Shown here: positions 11,641 to 22,745 of the stretch, in pieces
How positions within the stretch are numbered: position 1 is the stretch's first letter
Layout of the letters: every line of letters begins with the position of its first letter
Position numbers and translations under genes: made by a program
Notes under the pieces: generated by a model
Told to the model about the DNA's origin: nothing
Database searches by the model: none
Seen by the model: only the letters and a program-made list of their open reading frames with translations
Assembly (NCBI GenBank): GCA_011109175.1
Contig: RDEW01000011.1
Coordinates: forward strand, 366,193 to 430,192
Length of the DNA stretch: 64,000 nt
DNA from: Dicyema japonicum
Lineage: Eukaryota; Animalia; Dicyemida
Direction: 5' to 3'

Positions 11641-12399
11641 AGTAGGCGTCACTCGTCAACCCATTTTGCAAAATCGGAAAAAAATAATTAAAAAATCGAA
11701 CAAAATGCAAATATTTTGATACTCATAAATTGATTAATTTATTTAAAAAAATACCAATATTAAGTAACTAAAAATCTACTCAAAAGATTAATGGTATTTA
11801 AATCGATATCTTCAAGTATTTTGCTAGAATACATAAAAATAGTAAATTTGCTAAATATAGAAACGATCGCGGCTATCGGGGTGATCTCTTCATGCTCACC
11901 GAATTTTGTTTTTCTGCGAATTGGAGGATTCTTCATTATTTTTGTTGCATCAATCACTTTTTTGTCATCCAGCATTATCGTCATGCTGCTTCACCTCAAA
12001 AAAGAATTTGATTCAAAATACATCTCATATGTGGTACTTTGCATTTTTTATTTTTGAATTTAATATTTGGATTCTTCATGTATTTCTGCTATGCTATTTC
12101 TTTGATAATCTCAGTCTCCCACGTGGCTCATAAGTACGTTGATATTCAAGGCAATTCGTTTTCTTCTATTACAGTCTACGCATGTACTGTATTAATATTA
12201 CAATGACGTTGTCAGGCATTTGTAGGACTAGAATACCTGATTCAACTCGTGTGGTTTATAGCCAAACTAATAAACTTTCATAAAACCAAATCATAATAAA
12301 TATTATTGTCTTTTTTATTTAAAAAATCAGCTATTATTAGCAGAAACCATAAATAAGTCTAATAAGCTTCTCTAGCACTCACCACAAAAATCGATTAAA

Positions 12400-13010
12400 G
12401 CTAAAGTACTATACCTCGGGAAGTTAGAGTCCATCTAGAACCTCTCTGATGTCGACATGATCCTACCTTATTTTGAATAGTCGACCCGTCATTTGCTCTT
12501 TTTGCTTGCTTAACGATCACAAAATGGACCACCTCTCCTGGCTCGCCTGCAATTTTCCAGCCTCTTCAAATCTACTTAACTGGGAACGGCCACCTTTGGT
12601 TGCTACTTTGAATTAAATTTATTGAACTAAAAAACACCTTCATAGACAGAATGAAAAAATTCAGGTGATCCCGGCCTCCCTCATAAATCTTCTCATGTTC
12701 GGATTTTGGGGAAGTGCCGTCCAGGGGGAACTCCTCCGGATGGTTGTTGACTAATGTCTTTTTAGGATATAATTTAGGACTTATCTGGCGCCACCATAAA
12801 TGGTGAATCACATGACACACGCTGACCCATCGGTTTCCCTTCATTTGAAAAATCCTGGGGTAAATAAATAACGGCCATAACTTCAATACATATGTCTCAA
12901 ACAAAGTCTTTTTCTTTGCTAGGATTCAAATCCTAGGCTTTTTGTTATCTTATACTCAATTAATAAGGCAACATTCCCTAAGAGAGTGCCATCATCTACT
13001 CCAAAGTCAC
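12400..13010 (-). mobile_element. highly degraded CRE-type RT fragment
   Basis: Reverse-strand remnants DDGTLLG and G.LNPSK match the YLDDG...GLELN.SK region of CRE RTs. Confidence 0.35.
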
Positions 13011-13149
13011 ATCAATTTGCCTGTTAACAGTTTGCTAATGTAATATGCATCATTGATAGGTAGCATAAAAAATTAAGAAAAAACCACACAATAGTTATAA
13101 TAACCTTCGCACGTGTAATTCAATTATTTATAATTAGTATTTTTGTAGG

Positions 13150-13900
13150 CTGTTTCGAATTGTTCCTCCAAGATTTTTTTGTCCTTTGTTAGTTGTTGCT
13201 ATGGTAAAAACACGTGGTCACTATATCTACTTCATAGGTAGCTAGTTTCTCTGTTATGTTAGTAACGACAACAGATATGCAATTTTTGAGATGTCTTACC
13301 TGCTGAATCGGATCAGTTTCCGGCAGGTATAGAATATCTGCTCCAATTAGTGGTGTTAGGGGATCTAGGTTAAATTCGTAGCTACTTATTTCGATGGATA
13401 AAAGCTTCAATTCTTTCTCGAAAGACTCTTTTATTCCTTCGACTTCACGAACTCGTCTGCTTTCAAGCTTTTCATTCAGTTTTTCCAATTTGGTTATGTT
13501 TTTTCGACATTTGTCGTGAATTTGGGAATCTGCCAATTTTGATCTGTACAAATCGACTTGCTGGAGTAAATCAAAGACAAACCTCACACATGTGCAAGTG
13601 CATTTTGTGTATGTTAAGAAGTTGGTCCTCCATAAGAAAGATATTGTCTTGTAGGACTTTCACCTCCAACACAAATAACTGAGTACCTTTTTTTCCAAAT
13701 CAGAATGTTCTGGGTTTTCATTTTCAAATAAATTTTTGAACAAATAACTTAATTTGTCCATCTAAATCAGAGTATTCTGTTACATTTTCTGAAATTTTGT
13801 CTTTTATGAAGACTTGTGTATTTTCCTCATTATCTGTGGAGTCATTTTCAGCTACGTCACCATGCACTAAAATAGAATGACTCAGGGCTGCAACATTTTG
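13150..13900 (-). CDS. uncharacterised coiled-coil-rich protein, intron-containing
   Basis: 132-aa open frame 13189-13587 rich in K/E heptads, with upstream acidic exon-like sequence. No family recognised; boundaries approximate. Confidence 0.4.
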
Positions 13901-14639
13901 CCACTAAATTTTGCAAATTTGTCAAGCACTCAGTTAACGAATTCATTAATGTTTTTAAGCATAAGTGTTTATAATTAAAATAATTATCTAAATTAAATTT
14001 ATTAAAAACAGATTTTAAATTAAAATTTAAAAAAAAAAATTAATAATTAAAATATGTTCTATTGGGGTAAATTTAATATCAACTTCACTCGGATCCTCCT
14101 TAAGGATTTCTTCAAGGTCGAGCCGTGAGTAAAACAGATTTTTCATTAATTTGGTTATAACTAAGGAAATAAGAAAATTGCAATTTTCAAAATAAAAATT
14201 GCAAATAAATAACTTTTAATTGTAAAAATTGCATTATTGAAAAATAAACGAAATTATTTATTGTAATACGATATTAAATATTCCTAAGCATTTTCATGTT
14301 TAAAGTTTCGATCTTTAGTAATTATTTTCGTCAAAAGAGATATCGCTCTTTCAAATGAGGCTGAGCATCCACAACAATTTCGAAGGTATTAGTAAATTTA
14401 TAACGAAAGATTTTTATTTGTAAAATCAAGAATATTTAGTATCCTAGATTTTTGAAGCTTTTTTGATATACAATTTTTTTAAATTGCACCGATCTGATGA
14501 AAATTCTATGCTCTTCAGATCTGCATAAGATTTTTCAATTGAATAATCGAGTAGTTCGGTATTTGAAAGTATTTTAATTAAAACCAAATAGTTTGAGCTG
14601 ATTTCGGTTAAACTTGAAAACAACGTGGGAATATTAACT

Positions 14640-15860
14640 AATTCTTTGGCCTAAAATAATTAAGAATCGAAACATTTTTGATCAATGAAAGGCACCTTTC
14701 GGCAGCAAATGGGAGTATCGGAACCTGGTCCCCAGCACTGTTTAAAAAATATATACATCCAGATGTTCTCACCCTTATAAAACAAATTTTGAAGTCTAGA
14801 AAAAGATCCACCCAGAAAACCATAAAGATTTTGAATAAGAAGCACGCCACTAACCTAATTGATCTAAGAGCTGCAGAAGTTGAACAGTTAAAAAACTCAT
14901 CAAAAATGTTCACTGCAATCCGTCTGCTCAACAGAAGAAAACAAACGAACAAACTCAAACTCCATGACGGAAATGGAAGATTCTTAACAAATCCCAAAGA
15001 TCAGGCTGAATATATTGCGTCGTATTTCGAGATATATTAACTGTCCGCGGAGAAATATCTGATCATACTTGTGGATACGCCACCCAACTTGATAAAGCTA
15101 TCACACCTGGCGAAAATCTCAAATGCAGTGGTCAAACTTAAGAATAATCGCTCCCCTGGACCGGATGGAATCAATTCAGAACTTGTCAAATATGGGCCAC
15201 CTGCACTAACAGACAAGTTGGAAAAACTACTCAACTCTATGTTTATAAAAAAAGAATACCCAGCTCTTGGATCCGGACTATTAATACCAATACAAAAACC
15301 TAACAAGCATGCTGGGCCTGTTTAAAACCTACGTCCAATAATCCTGCTAAACACCTTACGGAAACTTCTGGCATTAGTTACGCTGAACCGAATCAGAGAA
15401 CAAGTGGACACTATCTATCCCCTAGTCACAGCGGATTCAGGACAGGAAGATCCACTGCAGATGTAGTATGGAGCTCTGCGCTATCAACCAGAGATTCGAA
15501 AGTGCAACAACAGTCCTGGAATAGACCTCTCTAGGGCCTTTGACACGGTCCGTCGTGGTCTACTTCCACTGAGTCTCGAAATTGCTAATATGCGCTGGAG
15601 GCTATTTGGACATATCTTGCGTATGGACCCGGGCGCTCAGCAAACATAGCAATGGAGGACTACTTTATGAGAAAGGGACCATGCTTTCGGGGACGCTGGC
15701 GTATTGCACTACCTGAAACACTTAATGGAGATCTAAAGCTCGTGTACAAACGTCTAAGAAGTGGGACGACCTGAACGAGTTGAGGAAACTCTCCTATGAT
15801 CGAGGAGGTTGGTTCGGAGGATTGTTTTGAATGCTGCACAAGTGAAACTATAACTATTAT
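14640..15860 (+). mobile_element. RTE-clade LINE, degraded with internal deletion
   Basis: KNNRSPGPDGINSELVKYG, LIPIQKP.K......RPIILLNTLRK, SGFRTGRSTAD, GIDLSRAFDTV, then RWRLFGHILR and GRWRIALP. Confidence 0.85.
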
Positions 15861-15916
15861 GATTTTACGAATGTTGCTTATAATAATAACTATTTTGGCG
15901 CGTGTTATGTAAACGG

Positions 15917-16247
15917 CGCGATTAAAAAACTGCGTGGCGCCATGTGGTGCTGGTTAATTGGTTAAAGTTTTTCTGCTTGCTTGTCTGTTCCTCCTCTCTT
16001 TTCTTATTAGAGTAGCGTCATGTGATCCACCTGTCTAGGTGGCGCCCAGTGCCAGGCCGGCACGAAAAAGGATCATTTGCTTTCCCCCATTCCACTGGAG
16101 GGGTTTTCACAATTTCATGTAATGGACGTTTTACCTTTTATGTTGATTCCGGATGGACTCTGTTTCTGTAAACGTGGAAACTGGATACACTTAATTAGTT
16201 GTTTACTTTGACTTCTTTCTCGGTATATCCGGGGTTAATAAATAATA
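15917..16247 (+). mobile_element. 331-bp non-autonomous retroposed element with 10-bp TSD
   Basis: Flanked by exact ATGTAAACGG (15907-15916 / 16248-16257). Contains TCATGTGATCC, tail stem 16181-16190/16223-16232, GGGGTTA and an AATAAATAATA tail. Confidence 0.85.
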
Positions 16248-16257
16248 ATGTAAACGG

Positions 16258-19200
16258 TCGTTGTTGTGATTATGCCTGTTGTGAGAAAAGCACCTGAAAA
16301 GAATGTTCCCACTTCGAAGAAAAAGGTACCAGCCAAGTCAACTGAGATGTGTTCGTCCTGTCGGCTTGTCAGAACTCGGAAGCGTGGGATCTCCTGCTCT
16401 GCTTATGGAGATTTTTTCCACCTCGGGTGTATCAAGCTATCCCAAGCCGCACCGAGCGTGCTTGGAGTATGGCACTGCCAGTCATGCCTCGGCCTATGCA
16501 GGGAGGTTCCCCGTGCCAATGTTAACTCTCCAGTTAATTACCCATCAACCACGGACCCTGAAACATTCCTACGTCTCATCTCTGAATTACGTTCTCCTTG
16601 GACTATCTGTGTGAGGATTCTTAAGGCCGTACGACCTGTCGTTGCGGAGGCCCTTTCCAAAACAATCGAAGATGCCCTCCGGACTAACGCAATACATGAT
16701 TGGATGCGCTTATTCAGTTTTGCGCCTTCCGCATTGGATATGATCGAGATGGTCACGGAAAAGAGTCCTCGCTACCACCATGAAAACCAACATTCGTTCT
16801 TTTTTGGGAGGTATTTACATCCCCAGTTGTTCCATGGCTTATAACCGTACGAGGGAGACACGTGGTCATAACAGGAAGTCGAAGTGCTCCGAGAACTGTC
16901 CGGTCGAAGTTAATCGAAGGTGACACCCGCGACGCCATCAGGGCACTTTTCTCAATGGACAACGAAAACCGACTCCAGACGCTCACAATATTTTACTGAA
17001 CAAGCATCCACTGTCACCCCTAAACCTACGCTCTCCCCATCCGGAGTGAGTCCTCTGATTGCATCAAACGATGAAGTTCTCGCAATACGGAATTTTGCCC
17101 CTAGTAGCAGTGGCGGGATTGACGGAATGATACATGGCTACCTGAAGGATCTAACCTCTTTGTTTGTAGGAGACCAGGTACTTCGTCTTACGAATTCAAT
17201 TACTTCACTTATGAATCAGATCATGTCAGGAATTCTTCCCGAAGTTATGCGCCATGTCCTGTTCTCCGCCAATTTGATAGCCTTCGATAAGAAGGAGGCG
17301 GAGTACGACCAGTTCGGGTTTGTCTTCAGAAGACTGGCTGCTAAAATTGCCTCCAGACATTCTATTCACTCGTCACAAAATTCTTGAACCCCTCAAGTAG
17401 GCCTCGGTATTCGCTTGGGATGCGAGGCCGCTGTCCATTCAGTGAGGACATTCATAAACCACAGTATAGAAGATTCCCGGGGACATGTCCTGGTCAAACT
17501 GGACACCAAGAACGCCTTCAATAGTCTAAGGAGAGACAATATCCTAGGCGTGTGTTGAGAATGCCCTAATATTTTCGAATTTGTGAATCAGTCATACAGC
17601 CTACCTTCATCCTTACTTTTCGAGGACTACCTAATCCGTTCTATTCTGGAGTCCAACAGGGAATCCCTTACCCCTATTGTTTTGTCTTGCAATAGAGAAA
17701 ATCACCAAACTTCCGCGCTCGCTCCTCAACCTATGGTATCTGGATGATGCGGTCCTCGGAGGACCCCGGATACTGTTTTCCGGATTTGGAAGTGATATTC
17801 CAGCACTGTTGGAACAGGATTGGAATTAAATTCCACTAAATGCGAAATCTACAATTGCGGACTTTCAGAAAGAAGTATTCAAAAGCTTTGTCATGTTTCG
17901 GAAATTTACTGCCTGGAAATATTTCCACACCCGATAAAGAACTTATATTCTCGGATCCCCAATCACCATAATGCAATGGGAAGAGCTATACGTGAAAAAC
18001 GACTGTCACTCGGAGAGATTTCGACCGTTTGTGTCTACTTGACATACATACTGCATTATTCTTCCTGAAAAACAGTCTCAACGTACAGAGGCTTGCATAT
18101 GTCCTGAGGACTGCTCCATATTTCACTCTATGACAACTCGCACAGATTAAAGATCTTCTGTACGACTGCGAACGTATCTTCAACGTCCGGTTTGAGGATT
18201 ACTCATGGAAGGAAGCCACGCTGCCAGTGAGACTCGGAGGACTTGGAATTCGGAACCCTGTGGACCTTTCCCTCCCTTCATACCTATCATCGTAGTGGCC
18301 TGTAACTCTCATGTCATGAGGATTCTACACTCTCTACCTGAATTCTTTATTGACAAGGACGCCGGCCATGCTTGTGAGGCCTGGAGCCGAACTTATCAGC
18401 TTTCTTTACCTTTCTCGTATTCTTAGCAAGGCTTGGACGATGCTAATGCTGGAATTCTTCAAAGATTTGCTAGTGTCATCTAGCCAACATCACCGTGCCT
18501 GATTGTTGTCGGGGGCGTCTTCTGAGAACGGTGTCTGGCTTAACGCCATTCCCAATGGAGTTCTGGGTACCTTCCTATGATGAATGCGTCCGTATTGGGA
18601 TTCATTGCGACTGGGATTAAAAGTCTGTGTTTCACATCCGTGCCAATGCGGAGACAAGAGCGACTGTTTTGGCCTACACCCTCTCCTGAAGGAAAGTGCA
18701 GGCAGATTTCCCAGACACATGGCCTTGAACGAAATCGTTAGGCGAGCTTTGGACGCCGCCGGACACCCTTCCATGCTCGAATCAGCTGGTCTTTGCAAGA
18801 GGGACGGGAAACGACCAGATGGGATAACAATCTTCCGTTTTGAAGCCAGGAAACCTCTTGTCTGGAACGTTATCTGCACCGACACATTTGCCTCTTGCAA
18901 CCTACTCCAGAGTGCTACTGGAGCCTGTTTCGCCGCTGAGAAGACTGAGAAGATGAAACGGGAAAAGTACGTGGTCCTACTCAAGGATTTTTTGTTTGTT
19001 CCACTCGCCGTTAAGACCTCTGGTTCCCTTGCGCCTGCGACGCTGGAATTCTTGAGTCGTCTAGGAAATCGGATGGCTGCACGAAAAGGAGACCCTCGTG
19101 AGCGCTGCTGGTTATTTGAGCGAATCTCGCTCGTTATCCTGAGAGGGAATAGCCACGCATTCAGGGCAGTTTCTATATAACCGTTTACTCTATTTTATTC
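16258..19200 (+). mobile_element. near full-length CRE-clade non-LTR retrotransposon (PHD finger, RT, CCHC, RLE), frameshifted
   Basis: N-terminal C..C..C..(Y)..H..C..WHC..C PHD-like motif, SSGGIDG, VKLDTKNAFNS, GVQQG, WYLDD, WKEATLPVRLGGLG, CQCG...HPL, RPDG, RISLVILRGN. Confidence 0.92.
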
Positions 19201-19559
19201 AATAAAATTAATAAACTTTATTATTTATCTAACTTTTATCAAATTATAATTAATTGCAATTTATTGCTATTGGTTGCCCTAGTTATAACTTTTCTTTTCA
19301 AAAGGGACGTCGATATTTATTTCCAATTATGACATGAAGTCCACCAAACTACCGGGATTTTCCGAATAAAAGCCCTACCGAAAATAGGCCTATGGTTTTG
19401 CTCATTCTCAAGATATTTTGTTTTTATTTAAAAAATTCTTAAAAAGTCTTAATTTATCACATAATTTTTATTTATTATTTATTATATTTTTTATTCTAAT
19501 AAAACTATTTTAATGGAGAACCATCAATTAGAAAGACAATAAATATCTCAGAGTTTATA

Positions 19560-20389
19560 ATGGTGAGATCATCAAGTAGCTCATTAAATGTAGGATTATC
19601 CCCTGATCAAGAAAATAATATCCACTTCAAAATCAATGAAATTGTAGACAAAGTAACAAACATCAGTAACTACTTTTTAGAGTCTCGAAAGCACTAGAAG
19701 AATGGTAGAAAATAGCAATAAAGTGATAGATAACTGATAATTGGTAGAGCAAAGATGCCGGTATTAGAACTTTGGTGATGATGGATGAGCAAGGAGGTCA
19801 ATAAACACTATTATTAGAGACTATAAATATAATTAAATATTTATGACGTCATAGATCAATTGGACAAAATTGAAGAGGGAATGACCAGGGTCAATCAAGG
19901 AATAGAAGACGCAGAGAAAAATTTGGAAGGTTTGGAAAAATGTTGTGGGCTTTTCGTTCTACCGTGGAAAAAGTGAAGTTATTTATTATCTTAAAGGAAA
20001 AAAAATTTTCAGAAAAATTCCGACTATAATGAGACTTGGAAAAAAGACGATGACGGGATCCTTGGGACGGATGGTTTCAGAGTAGCAGGGAATCCCTCAA
20101 AGATGGGGACAAATGAATGCCGATATGTTACAAGGTAACAATTAGTCTCTTCTTAGAATAACAAACGACAAGAGAGAGGACGAAATGGAAGACAATATTG
20201 GAGAGGTGATTGGAATAGTGGGGAATCTGAGAAATATGGCTATAGATATTGGATCAGAGGTGAATTCCCAAAATAAGCAAATTGCAAGAATTAATAATAT
20301 GGTTGCCGTTAATATTACTTTAGGCAATATCCAATGAGGCACGAATCGAACTCGCTAATAAAAGGGCTAACAAAATACTTAAAAATTAG
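19560..20389 (+). CDS. SNAP25: SNAP-25 t-SNARE, 7 exons (not in the ORF track)
   Basis: Removing GT-AG introns of 28, 25, 58, 24, 22 and 22 nt gives [111 protein letters not shown]. Confidence 0.95.
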
Positions 20390-20689
20390 TTTTAATTAAT
20401 TTTTATTTTTCCATTAAATTTTCAAGTGTTATTTCTCTTTTGGCGCGTTATTTCACCTTGAATACTCTGTATTCTACGTTCCCTCAATTCCAGATTATCG
20501 CGATTAATTCGAGTTAACTACAAACACTAGTGGAGCCTCGTCTCGTTGGGAATCTATGTCATAAAAATTCAAGTGCCACCTTCTGGAAAAACTCAGAACT
20601 ATCAACAGTCTTATTAACGAGGATGACAACGGTGGATCGCTCAGTCGATTAGAGTGTATCCACATTCACGTGAATAGACTAATAAACAC

Positions 20690-21830
20690 TACGTTGTCAT
20701 AATCCGCAAGAACTTGGATCGTTCCCTACAGATGGAGTACTGCAATTTAAAACCCACACCTCAATTACTTTCTTCACCACGGTTGACGTGGGTGATGCCG
20801 TTGCTTCACTACGCCAACCCTTGCATGTTGCCCCTCTGTTTCCTTTTGCAGAGAACCAAGAAACCCATTAAGCGATGCGATTGCTCCGCAGAGGAACGCC
20901 GATCGGTCCTATAAAAAACAGCCCAATCGAGTTCCTTTATAGGCATTCGCGGAGACTCTACCGTTCTATAGTTGGAACACTTAAGATCACGTAGGAGATC
21001 ATTGGAAACTGAGATCACTTAATTAGTTGTTTTTAATATCATTCTTAATGATCTTGGGATTCTTTTACTCGCAATGTTAATAAAGCCATGACCAGGGGAT
21101 TCAAAAGTAGAATGCTTCTATTGCGCAGAAAAGTCCCTTCCTGTAACCTCGATTAGCAGATTTTATCAGATAATTGTTCCGACCATCGAATACGCTTGAA
21201 AACCTGGAGATTTACCCTTTTCCTCGAAAATTGAACATATCAACTCCTTCCGGTGGAAAATCACGCTTCTTATCCCCTCACACGAAAATGCATCGACTGC
21301 ACTCTCCTTCAACCCGAAATAATGACCGAGGTTTCCTGTGTTTCTGCAAAAAGTCAGGAAAACAACATGGAGGAAAAATTATCCATGCAGAGGAATCCCA
21401 ATTAGTTTTGAAGAAAAACACCCCGATCGAGTTCTGGAGAAATTCGAGAAGATACCCCGGAAGACGATGGGATCACTGAAGGACTACTCTAAGAGAATCG
21501 GAAATTATTAGAAGTTGAGCTTATTATTTAGTCCGGTTTGCCACTTCTTTCTTGGTAATCTTTCGGTTTCTTAAATAAATAATTCACACCGAAGCTACAA
21601 CCTATAGATGCGGAGTCGAATTCCTTCGTTTTTGCAAAGAATGTAGAAACACGTTTCACCTATCTCTCCCGGTCAAAAGGAAGTCGGTCGACCCATAGGT
21701 TTTATTCCTTAATCGATTTCTTGTGCAAACACATGAGAAGGCTCATCAGGGCATCATTGGATACAATGGAGAACCATATACGTATGATAGCGCTGCTTGA
21801 TGAGGGAACGGGAATCACTTATCTGTTTTA
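20690..21830 (+). mobile_element. cluster of about three CR1-like 3' fragments in tandem
   Basis: LEYC-like (MEYC) and IVPTIEYA peptides. Ends read ETEIT* (about 21005-21021), GATGGGATCAC (about 21465) and GTGIT (about 21785-21800), each followed by the shared pyrimidine-rich tail. Confidence 0.5.
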
Positions 21831-22745
21831 CTATACTTTATTCTTCTTTATTGGTAACCCCTCGATTTTAAAATACCCGTTACGCTACTCATGGTTTGGT
21901 AAAATAGTGACTAAAATATACGTAATTCATCAATCCTCAGTATGGTCCCGGTACGGAGTGTAAACCTTAGGCCAAAGGCGTTTATGACTTTCTACAGGAT
22001 CGGAATTTTTTCTGTGGTCATTCGGGGTCGTGTCCATGCCGTAATCAAAAAATAAAAACCGTTAAACAATTGGTCTTTTAGTGTGGCAGTATTTACGACA
22101 ATACGTGGAGGTATTACGAAGTAGTACAGAGTATCTACCGTATTTGTGGACTCATAAAATCAGTCTGTTGTTTAAAATGCAAATATAAATACAACAATAG
22201 AAACTTCACTTGGTATATATCTCAATAACCAGATAAGTCACAACGAGAATAACCAACATAAAGATGGACACTACTCACCGAGATTGTTCGCAGACAGTGG
22301 ATCTATTTTTTTTGCAGACGAATTGTGGACATTTTCAGGGGGTACTTGAGATGGTTACAATTGATTGGAAATATTCACGTTACTAACAAGCGCCTTCGAA
22401 TGTGTCACCTTCCCATATCAAAAAATGAATGCTATGTCCTACGACACGATTAAAAGACACTACTACTAATTCCTACATTCCCCTCTAATGCAGACCCAAG
22501 TTCCTCCAAATTTTGTACCAAGCTTCTAAACTAATTCGTTTAAAAAAATAGCCCGCCATTTCGTCCATCTACACGAGAAATGTAAAGAGAGGTTAAATCC
22601 ACTTTGAGGAAATCAAGACATTCTTTGCAGTAAAGGTAGATCTCCACTTCAACCTTCGACAATTAACCACTTTACCGAGCGAATACATCTACTAATAAAA
22701 AAAGTGAAACAATAATTTGTAAAAATAAACATTTATGTTAAACTT

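Noticed and set aside
110-13120. CACGTG E-box as a general host promoter motif
   Set aside because: It is seen near a few gene starts, but most occurrences lie in repeats and it is missing upstream of TAF1, GatB and SNAP-25.
14050-14600. Non-autonomous DNA transposon (CCGATCTGATGAAAATT-type subterminal motifs)
   Set aside because: No matching TIR pair or TSD could be identified.
16140-16240. Hammerhead ribozyme in the element tail (CCGATGGA...GAAAC...GTT)
   Set aside because: The core does not match CUGANGA, stem II lacks the G-C closing pair, and GAAAC pairs locally with GTTTC instead.
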